From NCBI GenBank assembly GCA_035371225.1, contig DAOOWO010000001.1, positions 1 through 44,085 on the forward strand: a DNA stretch of 44,085 nt, read 5' to 3'. Source of the stretch: Bacteroidales bacterium (GTDB lineage Bacteria; Bacteroidota; Bacteroidia; Bacteroidales; CAIWKO01). The position numbers and the translations under genes are program-made. Below, in pieces: positions 8,933 to 17,658 of this stretch. The notes under the pieces were generated by a model, which worked only from the letters and a program-made list of their open reading frames with translations, was not told the origin of the DNA and ran no database searches. How positions within the stretch are numbered: the first letter of the stretch is position 1; every line of letters starts with the position of its first letter.

Positions 8933-10702
8933 TTAAAATATCACCATATCGAAGGGCAGACGTGTCTGTATGCCTTTCTGGGCTTTTATGTTTTTCAGGT
9001 GTTCATAATAAATATAGTTTTCGCCCAGAGTATTTTTGAGTTGTGTTTCTGACGACTCTTCCATCAGCTCTTCGAAGATTTGTGTGAAGGGGTCTTTAAA
9101 TTTGGGATACACCACAATTTTATAATCGGTAAGATTTGCTTTCTTTGCTGCGTCATCAATAGCATTTTGCAAGCCACCAATTTCGTCAACCAGACCGATA
9201 CGTTTTGCGTCAAGCCCTGTCCACACACGGCCCTGACCAATAGAGTCCACATCTTCGGGTTTCATTTTACGGCCTTCGGCAACATGGCCGACAAAAACCT
9301 TATAAATATTTTCCACCTGATTGGTCAATACTTTTGTTTCGTATGGCTGCATGGGGCGGGTTGCAGCTATGTAATCGGAATACTCATTGGTTTTTACCAC
9401 ATCAAAGGTAATTCCGAGTTTGTTTTTAAAGAATTTTTCAAGGTTGGGCACCACGCCAAAAACACCTATTGATCCGGTAAGGGTGTTGGGCTGAGCATAT
9501 ATTTTTCCAGCCCCGCAGGCAATGTAATATCCGCCCGATGCAGCCACATCACCCATAGAAACAACCACTGGTTTTACTTTTTGGGCCAGAACCACTTCGC
9601 GCCAAATGACTTCTGAGGCTAGGGCGCTTCCTCCCGGAGAATTTATCCGCAGGACAATGGCTTTTACCGAACTGTCGTTACGGGCAAGCCTTATGGATTC
9701 GGATAATTTATCTGAGCCGATTTCTTTTTCATCGCCTTCGCCAGCCCCTATCTGGCCAATGGCGTACACCAGGGCAATCTTCTTTTTGCCTATTGAAATT
9801 TTTTCTTTGCCTTTAACCTTAAAAAATTTGGCAGCAGTAATAAAATGAATATCTTCTTTTTCGCTTATCCCTAGTTTGGCGCGTAACTCGGCCAGCACCT
9901 CGTCACGGTACAACAATTTATCCACCAGTTTGTTTTTTACGGCATCTTCTGCTAACTGTATTTTCAGACTGTCGGCTATCATATTAAGGTCTTCAGCAGC
10001 TATTTTGCGCTGGGTGGCAATGCCATCAACCATTTGCTGCCATAAAACATCGAGCAGTTTTTGGTATTGTTCGCGGTTGGCCTGGCTCATTTTATCCAGT
10101 ATATAAGGTTCCACGGCGCTTTTGAATTTTCCGTGACGGATAATCTGTGTCTGGATATCAAGTTTTTCGAGAGTCCCTTTAAAAAACATCAGCTCGGCGG
10201 CCAGGCCTTTTATTCCTACACATCCCTGCGGATTCAGGTAAATTTTATCGGCTACCGTGGCCATGTAATATGCCCTCTGGGTATAATCATCACTGTAACT
10301 GATGATAAATTTTCCTGATTTTTTGAATTGCAGCAAAGCATTTCTTACCTCCTCAATGGTTGCCATACCCGAAGGGATATCTGTAAGGTCCAGAAAAATT
10401 CCTTTTATTTTATCGTTTTTTGCTGCATTATCGATGGTTTTAAGCAGATGATCGAGGCCCATGACCTTATCGCTTTTCATGGAGAAAAAATTTAAATCTC
10501 CTAAAGGATTTTCAGAAGTGCGGTCGGGAATAGCCTGATCTAATTTTAGCGTAAGTACTGAATTTTGTTTTACTTCCACTGCGGTTTTTTTGCTAAAAGA
10601 AGCCAGCGAAACCATCATGGAAATAAAAATGATAAACATTATCAGCGACAGCAGGAGGTATCCGGCCATTGATGCAAACATCATTTTAAAAAACTCTTTC
10701 AT
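8933..10702 (-). CDS. sppA: Signal peptide peptidase SppA, 67K type (peptidase S49)
   Basis: 589 aa with an N-terminal TM segment and two tandem S49/ClpP-fold halves. The second half carries SMGDVAASGGYYIACGA. Confidence 0.9.
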   Translation of the reverse strand: MKEFFKMMFASMAGYLLLSLIMFIIFISMMVSLASFSKKTAVEVKQNSVLTLKLDQAIPDRTSENPLGDLNFFSMKSDKVMGLDHLLKTIDNAAKNDKIKGIFLDLTDIPSGMATIEEVRNALLQFKKSGKFIISYSDDYTQRAYYMATVADKIYLNPQGCVGIKGLAAELMFFKGTLEKLDIQTQIIRHGKFKSAVEPYILDKMSQANREQYQKLLDVLWQQMVDGIATQRKIAAEDLNMIADSLKIQLAEDAVKNKLVDKLLYRDEVLAELRAKLGISEKEDIHFITAAKFFKVKGKEKISIGKKKIALVYAIGQIGAGEGDEKEIGSDKLSESIRLARNDSSVKAIVLRINSPGGSALASEVIWREVVLAQKVKPVVVSMGDVAASGGYYIACGAGKIYAQPNTLTGSIGVFGVVPNLEKFFKNKLGITFDVVKTNEYSDYIAATRPMQPYETKVLTNQVENIYKVFVGHVAEGRKMKPEDVDSIGQGRVWTGLDAKRIGLVDEIGGLQNAIDDAAKKANLTDYKIVVYPKFKDPFTQIFEELMEESSETQLKNTLGENYIYYEHLKNIKAQKGIQTRLPFDMVIF

Positions 10703-10821
10703 AGCTTGTTTTGTTTTTGGTTTATTTTAATCTTTTGTAAAAATACTATATAAAAAACATTTTTTGGACAACCGAACCAAATATTTGTTACAATTCGGTA
10801 TTTTTTCTTTAATGATTTTTA

Positions 10822-10829
10822 TACTTTTG
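10822..10829 (+). promoter_or_regulatory. Candidate -7 box (TACTTTTG) for folK
   Basis: Matches TAnnTTTG, 21 nt upstream of ATG 10850. Confidence 0.35.
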
Positions 10830-10849
10830 ATTTTTCAAATACACAAAAA

Positions 10850-11347
10850 ATGGTTTGTTTTTGTTTGGGCAGCAACGTGGGCGACCGGGCGGCATATCTG
10901 AAAAATACGCTTGAACTGTTGACAGAGAATTTCGGTACAGCAAGCAAAATTTCGTCGATTTATGAAACCGAACCATGGGGTGTAAGCAAACATGACGACT
11001 ACCTGAATATGGTGGCTGCATTTGAAACGGCACTCTCTCCCGAAAAAGTGTTCATGATTGCTTCTTCCATTGAAAAAAAGCTTGGCCGTATAAGACGAAC
11101 CGGGAGAATTGATCCCCGCACCATCGACATCGACATTCTGTTTTACGATGATCTGGTTATTAACAAAGACGACCTGATTATTCCGCACCCTCGTATTGCA
11201 TCACGGAGATTTGTGCTGCAACCGTTAGCTGAAATTATGGAGCATTTTGTTCATCCTGTATTCGGAAAAACCATTGCGGAATTATTTTCCCAATGTTCAG
11301 ACAATTCTCTTGTGGTTAAAACAAAAATAAATTTATTTTTGCATTGA
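10850..11347 (+). CDS. folK: 2-amino-4-hydroxy-6-hydroxymethyldihydropteridine diphosphokinase (HPPK)
   Basis: 165 aa with HPPK motifs: CLGSNVGDR, ETEPWG, RTIDIDILFYDD, IPHPRIASRRFVLQPL. Confidence 0.9.
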   Translation: MVCFCLGSNVGDRAAYLKNTLELLTENFGTASKISSIYETEPWGVSKHDDYLNMVAAFETALSPEKVFMIASSIEKKLGRIRRTGRIDPRTIDIDILFYDDLVINKDDLIIPHPRIASRRFVLQPLAEIMEHFVHPVFGKTIAELFSQCSDNSLVVKTKINLFLH

Positions 11348-11976
11348 TGTATGATTTTATCGCCATAGAAGGAAATATCGGTGCCGGCAAAACTTCGCTG
11401 TCCACACGGATTGCAAGCCAGTTTGATGCAAGGCTTATCCTGGAACAATTTGAAGACAACGCGTTTCTTCCAAAGTTTTACCGCGACCCTGAAAAATATG
11501 CCTTTCCACTGGAACTAACATTCCTGGCTTCGCGATACCAGCAGTTAAAAGAACAACTAACCAATAAAGACCTGTTTAAAACGTTCACCATCTCGGATTA
11601 TTACATCTATAAATCGCTGATTTTTGCAAAAAAAACACTTCAGGATGACGAGTTGGCTTTGTACACACGTCTTTTTAACATCATCAACGGGACCTTGCCC
11701 AAGCCCGACCTTCTTGTTTATCTATACGTAGAAGTCCCACGTCTTAAGCGAAACATCATTACACGAGGCAGAGAATATGAACAAGACATTGAGCACGATT
11801 ACCTGGAACGCATACAAAGCGGGTATTTTGATTTTATCAAACAGCAAACCGACCTCCGCATCCTGATTCTTGATGTTAACCAGGTAGATTTTGTGCACAA
11901 CGAAACCGATTATGAAAAAATTCTCAATATTATCATGAGAGAATATCCCGTTGGTATTCAACGCATTGTAGTATAA
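11347..11976 (+). CDS. Deoxynucleoside kinase (dAK/dGK/dCK family)
   Basis: The track start at 11344 is TTG. The ATG at 11347 overlaps the folK TGA by 1 nt (TGATG), suggesting translational coupling. P-loop IAIEGNIGAGKTSL and the overall dNK family layout (YLERIQSGY region) are present. Confidence 0.85.
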   Translation: MYDFIAIEGNIGAGKTSLSTRIASQFDARLILEQFEDNAFLPKFYRDPEKYAFPLELTFLASRYQQLKEQLTNKDLFKTFTISDYYIYKSLIFAKKTLQDDELALYTRLFNIINGTLPKPDLLVYLYVEVPRLKRNIITRGREYEQDIEHDYLERIQSGYFDFIKQQTDLRILILDVNQVDFVHNETDYEKILNIIMREYPVGIQRIVV

Positions 11977-12439
11977 TAAGACCGGGATTTTAGTGCCATC
12001 GGAAATGCTATTCATGGTAAACCCCTGTTTTTTCTGATAAGTCCTATTGGGTTTTCCACCCCGGGCAGATAAATTCCAACAAAGATTTCTATCTATTCCC
12101 TTTCGGCGAATTAGAATTATTCATTTTAATTTTAGTAGAACACTTTTTTAAAAAATATTGATATAACTTTTGTTAAAAAGCCTCGTAATAAAGATATAAT
12201 CAAAATATTGATTAACTTTGTTTTAACTATTTTGAAAAACCGAAAACAATTAACCTGATATTAATGCGCCATTTATCATATGCAACAGCACATACAGTTA
12301 TAAAACACTCTCTGGTCAAGAAATAAAAATCGTGATGGAGAAGAGTGGTAAAATAAAAATTTTCACACATTTATTTATTTTTATGACGGTATTGTTTTTA
12401 AATGTTTTTTAGTTTATGTTTAAAAATCAAATCTTTAAT

Positions 12440-12447
12440 TAATTTTG
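12440..12447 (+). promoter_or_regulatory. Candidate -7 box (TAATTTTG) for mscL
   Basis: Matches TAnnTTTG, 28 nt upstream of ATG 12475. A second match (TAACTTTG) lies at 12213..12220. Confidence 0.45.
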
Positions 12448-12474
12448 CATTCTTAATCTTTAAAACTTAAAACT

Positions 12475-12897
12475 ATGGGTATCGTAAAAGAATTTAAAGA
12501 ATTTGCCGTAAAAGGCAACATGATGGACATGGCCGTTGGTATCATTATTGGTGCCGCTTTCGGCAAAATTGTCAGTTCACTGGTTAACGACATTATCATG
12601 CCCCCGCTGGGAAAGCTGCTGGGCAATGTCAACTTTACTGACCTGTATTATGCCATGGATGGAAAAGTGTATGAGAGCCTCGCGAAAGCCAAAGAAGCAG
12701 GAGCCCCTGTTTTTGCGTACGGAAATTTTATTCAGACCGTCATCGATTTTTTGATTATTGCCTTTGTCATATTCATGATTATTAAAGGAATGAACAGCCT
12801 GAAGAAGAAAAAAGAAGAAGCTCCAGCAGCTCCTCCTGCACCTACCAAAGAGGAAACATTGCTGACTGAAATTCGCGACATTCTGAAAAACAAGTAG
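12475..12897 (+). CDS. mscL: Large-conductance mechanosensitive channel MscL
   Basis: 140 aa with the canonical N-terminus [41 protein letters not shown] and a second TM helix ([15 protein letters not shown]). Confidence 0.95.
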   Translation: MGIVKEFKEFAVKGNMMDMAVGIIIGAAFGKIVSSLVNDIIMPPLGKLLGNVNFTDLYYAMDGKVYESLAKAKEAGAPVFAYGNFIQTVIDFLIIAFVIFMIIKGMNSLKKKKEEAPAAPPAPTKEETLLTEIRDILKNK

Positions 12898-12924
12898 TGT
12901 ATGGTAATATCAAATTTAAGAAAC

Positions 12925-13848
12925 ATGAAAAAAGTACTATTAATTTTTTTCCTGATGGCCGGTTCATTGCTGTATGCACAGGAAAAAATTGAAACCGTAG
13001 CAAAACCAATGGACCGGGCTGCCGGTGATTCTGTTAAAGCATGGACCATACTTGCTACCGGTGCGCTGAATATTACTCAGGCAGCCTTTTCAAACTGGGC
13101 TGCCGGTGGTGAAAATTCTATCGGCTTCGGGGCACTTGCTAACATAAAAGCCGACTACAAAAAAGGGAAACATTCCTGGAAAAACAATCTGGGATTAGCT
13201 TATGGCTTTCAGTTTTTGGGAAAAGGCAGCAACGCCCGATTCACCAAAACGGATGACAAAATTGAATACACTACTTCTTATGGTTATGCCGTTTCAAAAC
13301 ATTGGGATGTTACCTTTCTGGCAAACTTCCGCACGCAGTTTTCCAATGGATATAATTATCCCAACGACAGCGTGGCCATATCGAAATTCATGTCGCCGGG
13401 CTACCTGGTGGCCGGTATTGGTATGAATTATGTTCCTGCAGAATATTTCCAACTGTATATGTCGCCAGCCGCAGGAAGGTTTACCTTTGTTACTGATCAA
13501 ACTCTGGCCAATGCCTGTGCTTTTGGTGTGGATTCGGCAAAACACATCAAAGGTGAATTCGGTCCTTATATACGCGCCGTCTTCAATAAAGAGGTGTTTA
13601 AAAATATTACCCTCAATACTTCCCTGGAACTGTTCTCGGATTACCTGAAAGATTTCGGAAATGTGGACGTAAACTGGAACGTGCTGATTGGTATGAAAGT
13701 AAACAAATGGCTGTCGGCTACCATACAGACTCAACTGCTTTACGATGACGATATCATGATTAAATCAACGCCATCATCAAATCCCGGTCCGCGCACCCAA
13801 TTCAAAGAAGTAATCGGCATAGGGCTTTCTTATACATTTAATCATTAA
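12925..13848 (+). CDS. DUF3078-like outer-membrane beta-barrel protein
   Basis: The ORF opens at 12901, but the ATG at 12925 gives a clean signal peptide (MKKVLLIFFLMAGSLLYAQE). It has the SNWAAGGENS motif, an alternating beta-strand pattern, and a C-terminal aromatic-rich ending (GIGLSYTFNH), as I recall for DUF3078 proteins. It starts 4-28 nt after mscL, so it is probably co-transcribed. Confidence 0.6.
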   Translation: MKKVLLIFFLMAGSLLYAQEKIETVAKPMDRAAGDSVKAWTILATGALNITQAAFSNWAAGGENSIGFGALANIKADYKKGKHSWKNNLGLAYGFQFLGKGSNARFTKTDDKIEYTTSYGYAVSKHWDVTFLANFRTQFSNGYNYPNDSVAISKFMSPGYLVAGIGMNYVPAEYFQLYMSPAAGRFTFVTDQTLANACAFGVDSAKHIKGEFGPYIRAVFNKEVFKNITLNTSLELFSDYLKDFGNVDVNWNVLIGMKVNKWLSATIQTQLLYDDDIMIKSTPSSNPGPRTQFKEVIGIGLSYTFNH

Positions 13849-13872
13849 GAAAACACATACCCATTAATAAAA

Positions 13873-13902
13873 AACCTCATGTGCGAAACGTGAGGTTTTT
13901 TT
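13873..13902 (+). terminator. Rho-independent terminator after the mscL-DUF3078 unit
   Basis: Stem aacctcatg / cgtgaggtt (one G-U pair) with a 7-nt loop, followed by TTTTTTT. Confidence 0.7.
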
Positions 13903-13924
13903 ATTTTTGGAGCAAATTTTTATT

Positions 13925-14458
13925 ATGAAAAAGACAAAAAATTCGGAACTGAACCGTCTTAGTGTGGAAGCATTTAAAGAGGCAAGAAAAAATCAATTTG
14001 TAGTGGTGCTGGATAACATCAGAAGTATGAACAACATTGGCTCGGTATTTCGTACCAGCGATGCCTTCAGAGTGGAAAAACTTGTGTTGTGCGGCATCAC
14101 CGCCACCCCCCCGCACCGCGAAATACATAAATCAGCACTTGGCGCTACAGAATCGGTAAGCTGGGAATATGCTGAAACTACTAAACAGGCAGTGGCCGGA
14201 TTAAAAGAAAACGGATATATCGTGGTTGCCATCGAACAAACCGATACCAGCATCAACCTGAAGGATTATTATCCCCCAGTCTCTGAAAAAATAGCCTTGG
14301 TCTTTGGCAATGAAATAAACGGAATAGACGAAGATGTACTTGATTTGTGCGATTTTTCAGTTGAAATACCGCAGTTTGGCACCAAACACTCCTTTAACAT
14401 TTCGGTCAGTGCCGGAATAATTTTGTGGGATATGGTAACAAAATTGGGAAAAATATAG
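13925..14458 (+). CDS. SpoU/TrmH-family RNA 2'-O-methyltransferase
   Basis: The track start at 13907 is TTG; the ATG at 13925 gives MKKTKNS. SPOUT motifs are present: NIGSVFRTSDAF, LVFGNEINGI, IPQFGTKHSFNISVSAGIILW. Confidence 0.85.
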   Translation: MKKTKNSELNRLSVEAFKEARKNQFVVVLDNIRSMNNIGSVFRTSDAFRVEKLVLCGITATPPHREIHKSALGATESVSWEYAETTKQAVAGLKENGYIVVAIEQTDTSINLKDYYPPVSEKIALVFGNEINGIDEDVLDLCDFSVEIPQFGTKHSFNISVSAGIILWDMVTKLGKI

Positions 14459-14548
14459 TAAAAGGCCAAAAGTGCCAGTTTATAGCAGTTTTCGACTATC
14501 GTTAAAAGCATTTTTTTATTTTTTTTTAAAATGTGTTAAATACTTTTC

Positions 14549-14556
14549 TATATTTG
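14549..14556 (+). promoter_or_regulatory. Candidate -7 box (TATATTTG) for the 14607 lipoprotein gene
   Basis: Matches TAnnTTTG, about 50 nt upstream of ATG 14607. Confidence 0.4.
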
Positions 14557-14606
14557 TAAACCAAAATCAACAAGGTTTCTTTTATTAACGTTAAAAAATA
14601 TATTTT

Positions 14607-16361
14607 ATGAAACATTTCAACTTTAAATTAATTGCTGTTTTATTTCTGGCAGCAGTAATGTTCACAGGCTGCGGGTTAAGCAAAATGATTAAGAAATACC
14701 CGACAGTAAAATACACGGTAACTCCAGAGGTTCTTGAAACTCATGGTGGTAAAATTTCCGTTGGTATTAGTGGGACTATTCCTCCGAAATATTTCAACAA
14801 AAAAGCTTCGGTAACCATCACTCCGGTATTGAAGAGTATGGACGGAACCACCCTGGCTACTTTGAAATCAATAACACTGAAAGGTGAAAAAGCTACAGGC
14901 GAAGGTCAGACAATAAAATACAAAGAAGGCGGAAGCTTTTCCTATACCGATGTGGTTAATTATACCGAAAATATGAACATGTCGGAATTGGCTATCGGCC
15001 CCCTGGCCACCAAAGGCAAAAAAGTTGACGTTCCCCTGGGAACTAATAAACTGGCTGATGGAGTAATTTATACCTCCACCCGTATTGAAAGGGAAGAAGA
15101 TTTTCAAACTGCAGAACATGGATATGAATTGGAAACCATCATCACCAAAAAAGGAAACCTTTATTTTGATTACAACAAATCAAATCTTAACCTCAGCATG
15201 CCTTTGAACAAGGACGAAAATAATAAAGCCATGCTTAACGACTCCCTGATGAATTTCCTCGGCCTCAACTGGAAAATTAAAGGTATCAGCATCAATGCAT
15301 GGGCATCACCTGAAGGCGAACTGACACTGAACCAGAAACTTTCAGATGAACGTGGCGTTACTGCACAAAAATGGTTTACCGAAAAAATCAAGAAAATGAT
15401 CAAAGACAAAAAATTGGTCGGTATTAAAAAAGCCGAAGAATTACAAGTTTTGGTCAATTCGAAAGGCGAAGATTTTGACGGTTTCATGAAAGCTCTCAAT
15501 GCTTCAAATATTCCTCAAAAACAAACTATTGCCAATGTAATTCAAAGTCAGGCTACCAAAGCCGAAAGAGAAAAATCAATTAAAGACATGACCGTTATTT
15601 ATGGCGAAATTGAAAACATGCTTTCTGTTCTTCGCCGCGGCGAGTTTGTTATTGATTGTTATCTGCCAAAGAAAACCAAAGAAGAAATCATTATGCTCTC
15701 TACTACATCTCCCGACAAACTTGATAACAAAGAATTACTGTATTCTGCTACCCTCACCGAAGATGTGGCTACAAAATATCTCATCTATAAAGCTGCTACC
15801 ACACTTTATCCCAACGATTGGAAAGGTTTCTGCAACGCCGGAAATTGCGCTCTGCAACTTGGTAAACTCGACGAAGCTAAAAACTATCTGGAAAAAGCCA
15901 ATCAGTTGAATCCCAATAACGGACAAATTAACTACAACCTTGGCGTGCTTTCATTCTGGAATAAAGACGATGCTGCTGCACAGACTTATATGAACAATGC
16001 CAAATCAAAGGGTATTGATGTAAGCCACAACGAAGCCCTCCTCAAAATCAGACAAGGCGACTATGCCGGAGCTATCACCTCTTTCGGCGGTAAAAAATGC
16101 AAATATAACCTCGCCCTTGCTCAACTGCTTTCAGGCAACAACACCGCCGCAAAACAAACCCTTGATTGCACCAAGCCGCAAAATGCTGCCGTTTATTACC
16201 TGACCGCAGTAAACGCTGCCCGCACATCAAACACCGCAGTGATGTATGAATACCTTACTAAAGCCGTTAAGGCCGATTCCAAATACAGAAAAGAAGCTTC
16301 AGAAGACAGAGAATTCTTGAAATATTTCAAGGAAGCTGCTTTCCAGGATGCTATTAAATAA
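14607..16361 (+). CDS. Lipoprotein with a central OmpA-like motif and C-terminal TPR repeats
   Basis: 584 aa with a lipobox (VMFTGCG). Central block resembling an OmpA_C core: FDYNKSNLN, then ISINAWASPEGELTLNQKLSDERGVTAQKWF. TPR-like repeats run from NDWKGFCNAGNCALQLGKLDEAKNYLEKANQLNPNN onward. Confidence 0.7.
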   Translation: MKHFNFKLIAVLFLAAVMFTGCGLSKMIKKYPTVKYTVTPEVLETHGGKISVGISGTIPPKYFNKKASVTITPVLKSMDGTTLATLKSITLKGEKATGEGQTIKYKEGGSFSYTDVVNYTENMNMSELAIGPLATKGKKVDVPLGTNKLADGVIYTSTRIEREEDFQTAEHGYELETIITKKGNLYFDYNKSNLNLSMPLNKDENNKAMLNDSLMNFLGLNWKIKGISINAWASPEGELTLNQKLSDERGVTAQKWFTEKIKKMIKDKKLVGIKKAEELQVLVNSKGEDFDGFMKALNASNIPQKQTIANVIQSQATKAEREKSIKDMTVIYGEIENMLSVLRRGEFVIDCYLPKKTKEEIIMLSTTSPDKLDNKELLYSATLTEDVATKYLIYKAATTLYPNDWKGFCNAGNCALQLGKLDEAKNYLEKANQLNPNNGQINYNLGVLSFWNKDDAAAQTYMNNAKSKGIDVSHNEALLKIRQGDYAGAITSFGGKKCKYNLALAQLLSGNNTAAKQTLDCTKPQNAAVYYLTAVNAARTSNTAVMYEYLTKAVKADSKYRKEASEDREFLKYFKEAAFQDAIK

Positions 16362-16374
16362 TCTACAGACAACT

Positions 16375-16411
16375 CAAAAAAAACTCCGGTATCAAACCGG
16401 AGTTTTTTTTT
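16375..16411 (+). terminator. Rho-independent terminator (A-tract / 10-bp stem / T-tract, potentially bidirectional)
   Basis: Stem aaactccggt, loop atcaa, stem accggagttt, followed by a run of T. Sits immediately after the stop at 16361. Confidence 0.75.
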
Positions 16412-16547
16412 GCTCTGTACCAAAAACTGTTGGCAATAGGTTCTTATTTCCTATCAAACATTTTCATCGGCATATAGCAAAAAAATAGTTTCATGAATCA
16501 ACATTTCATAAGGAGGAAAATTAGTATTTTAACGAAAAATTACGGCC

Positions 16548-17081
16548 ATGATAATAGCAAAAGACGGTGATGTGGTTTTGCGGGAGTTGACGAAATCAGA
16601 TATTCCCAAACTTGCCGAATATGCCAACAACGAAAAAGTAAGCATCAACCTGAGGGATGCTTTTCCTTCACCTTATACGGAAGCAGATGCCCGGCGCTTT
16701 ATTGAGATGGTTGACCGGCAATGTCCCAGGACTTTTTTTGCCATTGCATATAAAGGCAATTATGCTGGAAACATAAGTTTATTGCCCGGTATCGACGTGT
16801 ATAAAAAAAGTGCGGAGATAGGCTATTTTATTGGCGAACCGTTCTGGAACAAAGGCATCATGACAAAGGCCGTCATTTTGGTTACCCAATATGGATTTGA
16901 ACACTTAGATATTGTAAGAATTCATACAGGAGTGTTCGACTTCAATAAAGCTTCACGGCGGGTACTTGAAAAATGCGGGTTTGTTAAAGAAGGTGTTTTT
17001 CAAAAAGCAATTTTCAAAAAGAATAATTTTTATAACGAAATCAGGTATGCTTTAATAAAAGATGATAAGTACCACCTGTGA
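16548..17081 (+). CDS. GNAT-family N-acetyltransferase (RimJ/RimL-like)
   Basis: 177 aa with the typical RimJ/L-like layout: LRELTKSD, then IGYFIGEPFWNKGIMTKAV (acetyl-CoA site), then NKASRRVLEKCGF. Confidence 0.85.
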   Translation: MIIAKDGDVVLRELTKSDIPKLAEYANNEKVSINLRDAFPSPYTEADARRFIEMVDRQCPRTFFAIAYKGNYAGNISLLPGIDVYKKSAEIGYFIGEPFWNKGIMTKAVILVTQYGFEHLDIVRIHTGVFDFNKASRRVLEKCGFVKEGVFQKAIFKKNNFYNEIRYALIKDDKYHL

Positions 17082-17147
17082 TTATTAACCCAAAATTACA
17101 TTCAATAATCCGGTATTATGCATTAGAAAATTTTGCATAAATCAGAA

Positions 17148-17210
17148 CTTAAAAACAGGAAGCACTAATTGTTAGTGAGTTACAAACCCACCGGCAACAA
17201 TACTTCCTGT
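17148..17210 (-). terminator. Structured terminator candidate downstream of the disrupted small gene
   Basis: 9-bp outer stem aacaggaag / cttcctgtt (17153-17161 / 17202-17210) encloses an inner hairpin cactaa-ttg-ttagtg. On the minus strand it is followed by TTTTTAAG. Confidence 0.4.
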
Positions 17211-17232
17211 TCCCAAAACCATTCAATTATTT

Positions 17233-17570
17233 TTACACAAAATCAAACCGCATATTATGAACCTTTCCGGCGGCTTTCGCATGAGAGCACAAATCCATAT
17301 CTTCCAGGGTGTTGAATACGTAATACTTCAGCATTTCGCTGTTAGAATCGGATTCAAGGATATTAAGCCGGCCGTTGGCATCATAGTTGAAACTAACGAG
17401 CACAAAAACTTTCAGACCCAGTTCAATAGCTTAGTCGGGATAAACCACCAGTTCGCGCACCTCATTTAACAGTACCTGACGATAGGGCGGTTCGACCGCC
17501 TTGATTTCATCTGGACTTTCCGCCAGAGATGCAGGAATAAAAGCTATTACTATTTTTTTATCGTTTTCAT
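17233..17570 (-). pseudogene. Disrupted small exported protein with a TonB-C-terminal-like domain (frameshift in an A7 tract plus an in-frame TAA)
   Basis: Own translation: ATG 17570 gives MKTIKK, then TAG. Adding one A to the A7 run (17553..17559) restores MKTIKKIVIAFIPASLAESPDEIKAVEPPYRQVLLNEVRELVVYPD. An in-frame TAA follows at 17431..17433, and the frame continues as AIELGLKVFVLVSFNYDANGRLNILESDSNSEMLKYYVFNTLEDMDL..., ending at TAA 17233. The YP-x-A-x-x-G-x-x-V-x-V-x-F pattern resembles TonB_C. The listed + ORF 17257..17469 is antisense to it. Confidence 0.5.
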
Positions 17571-17658
17571 AATTTTGTCATTCAAATTAAAATAGACTAA
17601 TTATAAACACGGGTACAATAAAGCACCCTTTAAAAGCAAGTTTTTTTTTAAAAAATTC

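Noticed and set aside
10809-11448. Minus-strand ORFs 10809..11033, 10835..11188 and 11251..11448.
   Set aside because: They are antisense to folK and the deoxynucleoside kinase gene, both of which have strong family motifs.
17486-17500. T-arm-like hairpin GGCGG-TTCGA-CCGCC that might indicate a tRNA.
   Set aside because: The loop is 5 nt, not 7. I could not fold any acceptor, D or anticodon arms around it. It also lies inside the disrupted coding frame (KAVEPP).
17364-17521. RNase P RNA-like motifs on the minus strand: GGAAAGTCC (17513..17521) and CGGCTTA (17364..17370), in a region with no long ORF.
   Set aside because: The two motifs are only about 150 nt apart, too close to hold the P5-P15 and specificity-domain elements between the P4 strands. 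No other conserved RNase P blocks are visible. The same stretch translates cleanly as a TonB-C-like protein, which explains it better.
17569-17576. A + strand TAATTTTG match immediately next to the pseudogene start codon.
   Set aside because: It points toward the 3' end of a minus-strand gene (17659..18462), with no + strand ORF or structured RNA downstream. It is probably a chance match in AT-rich sequence.
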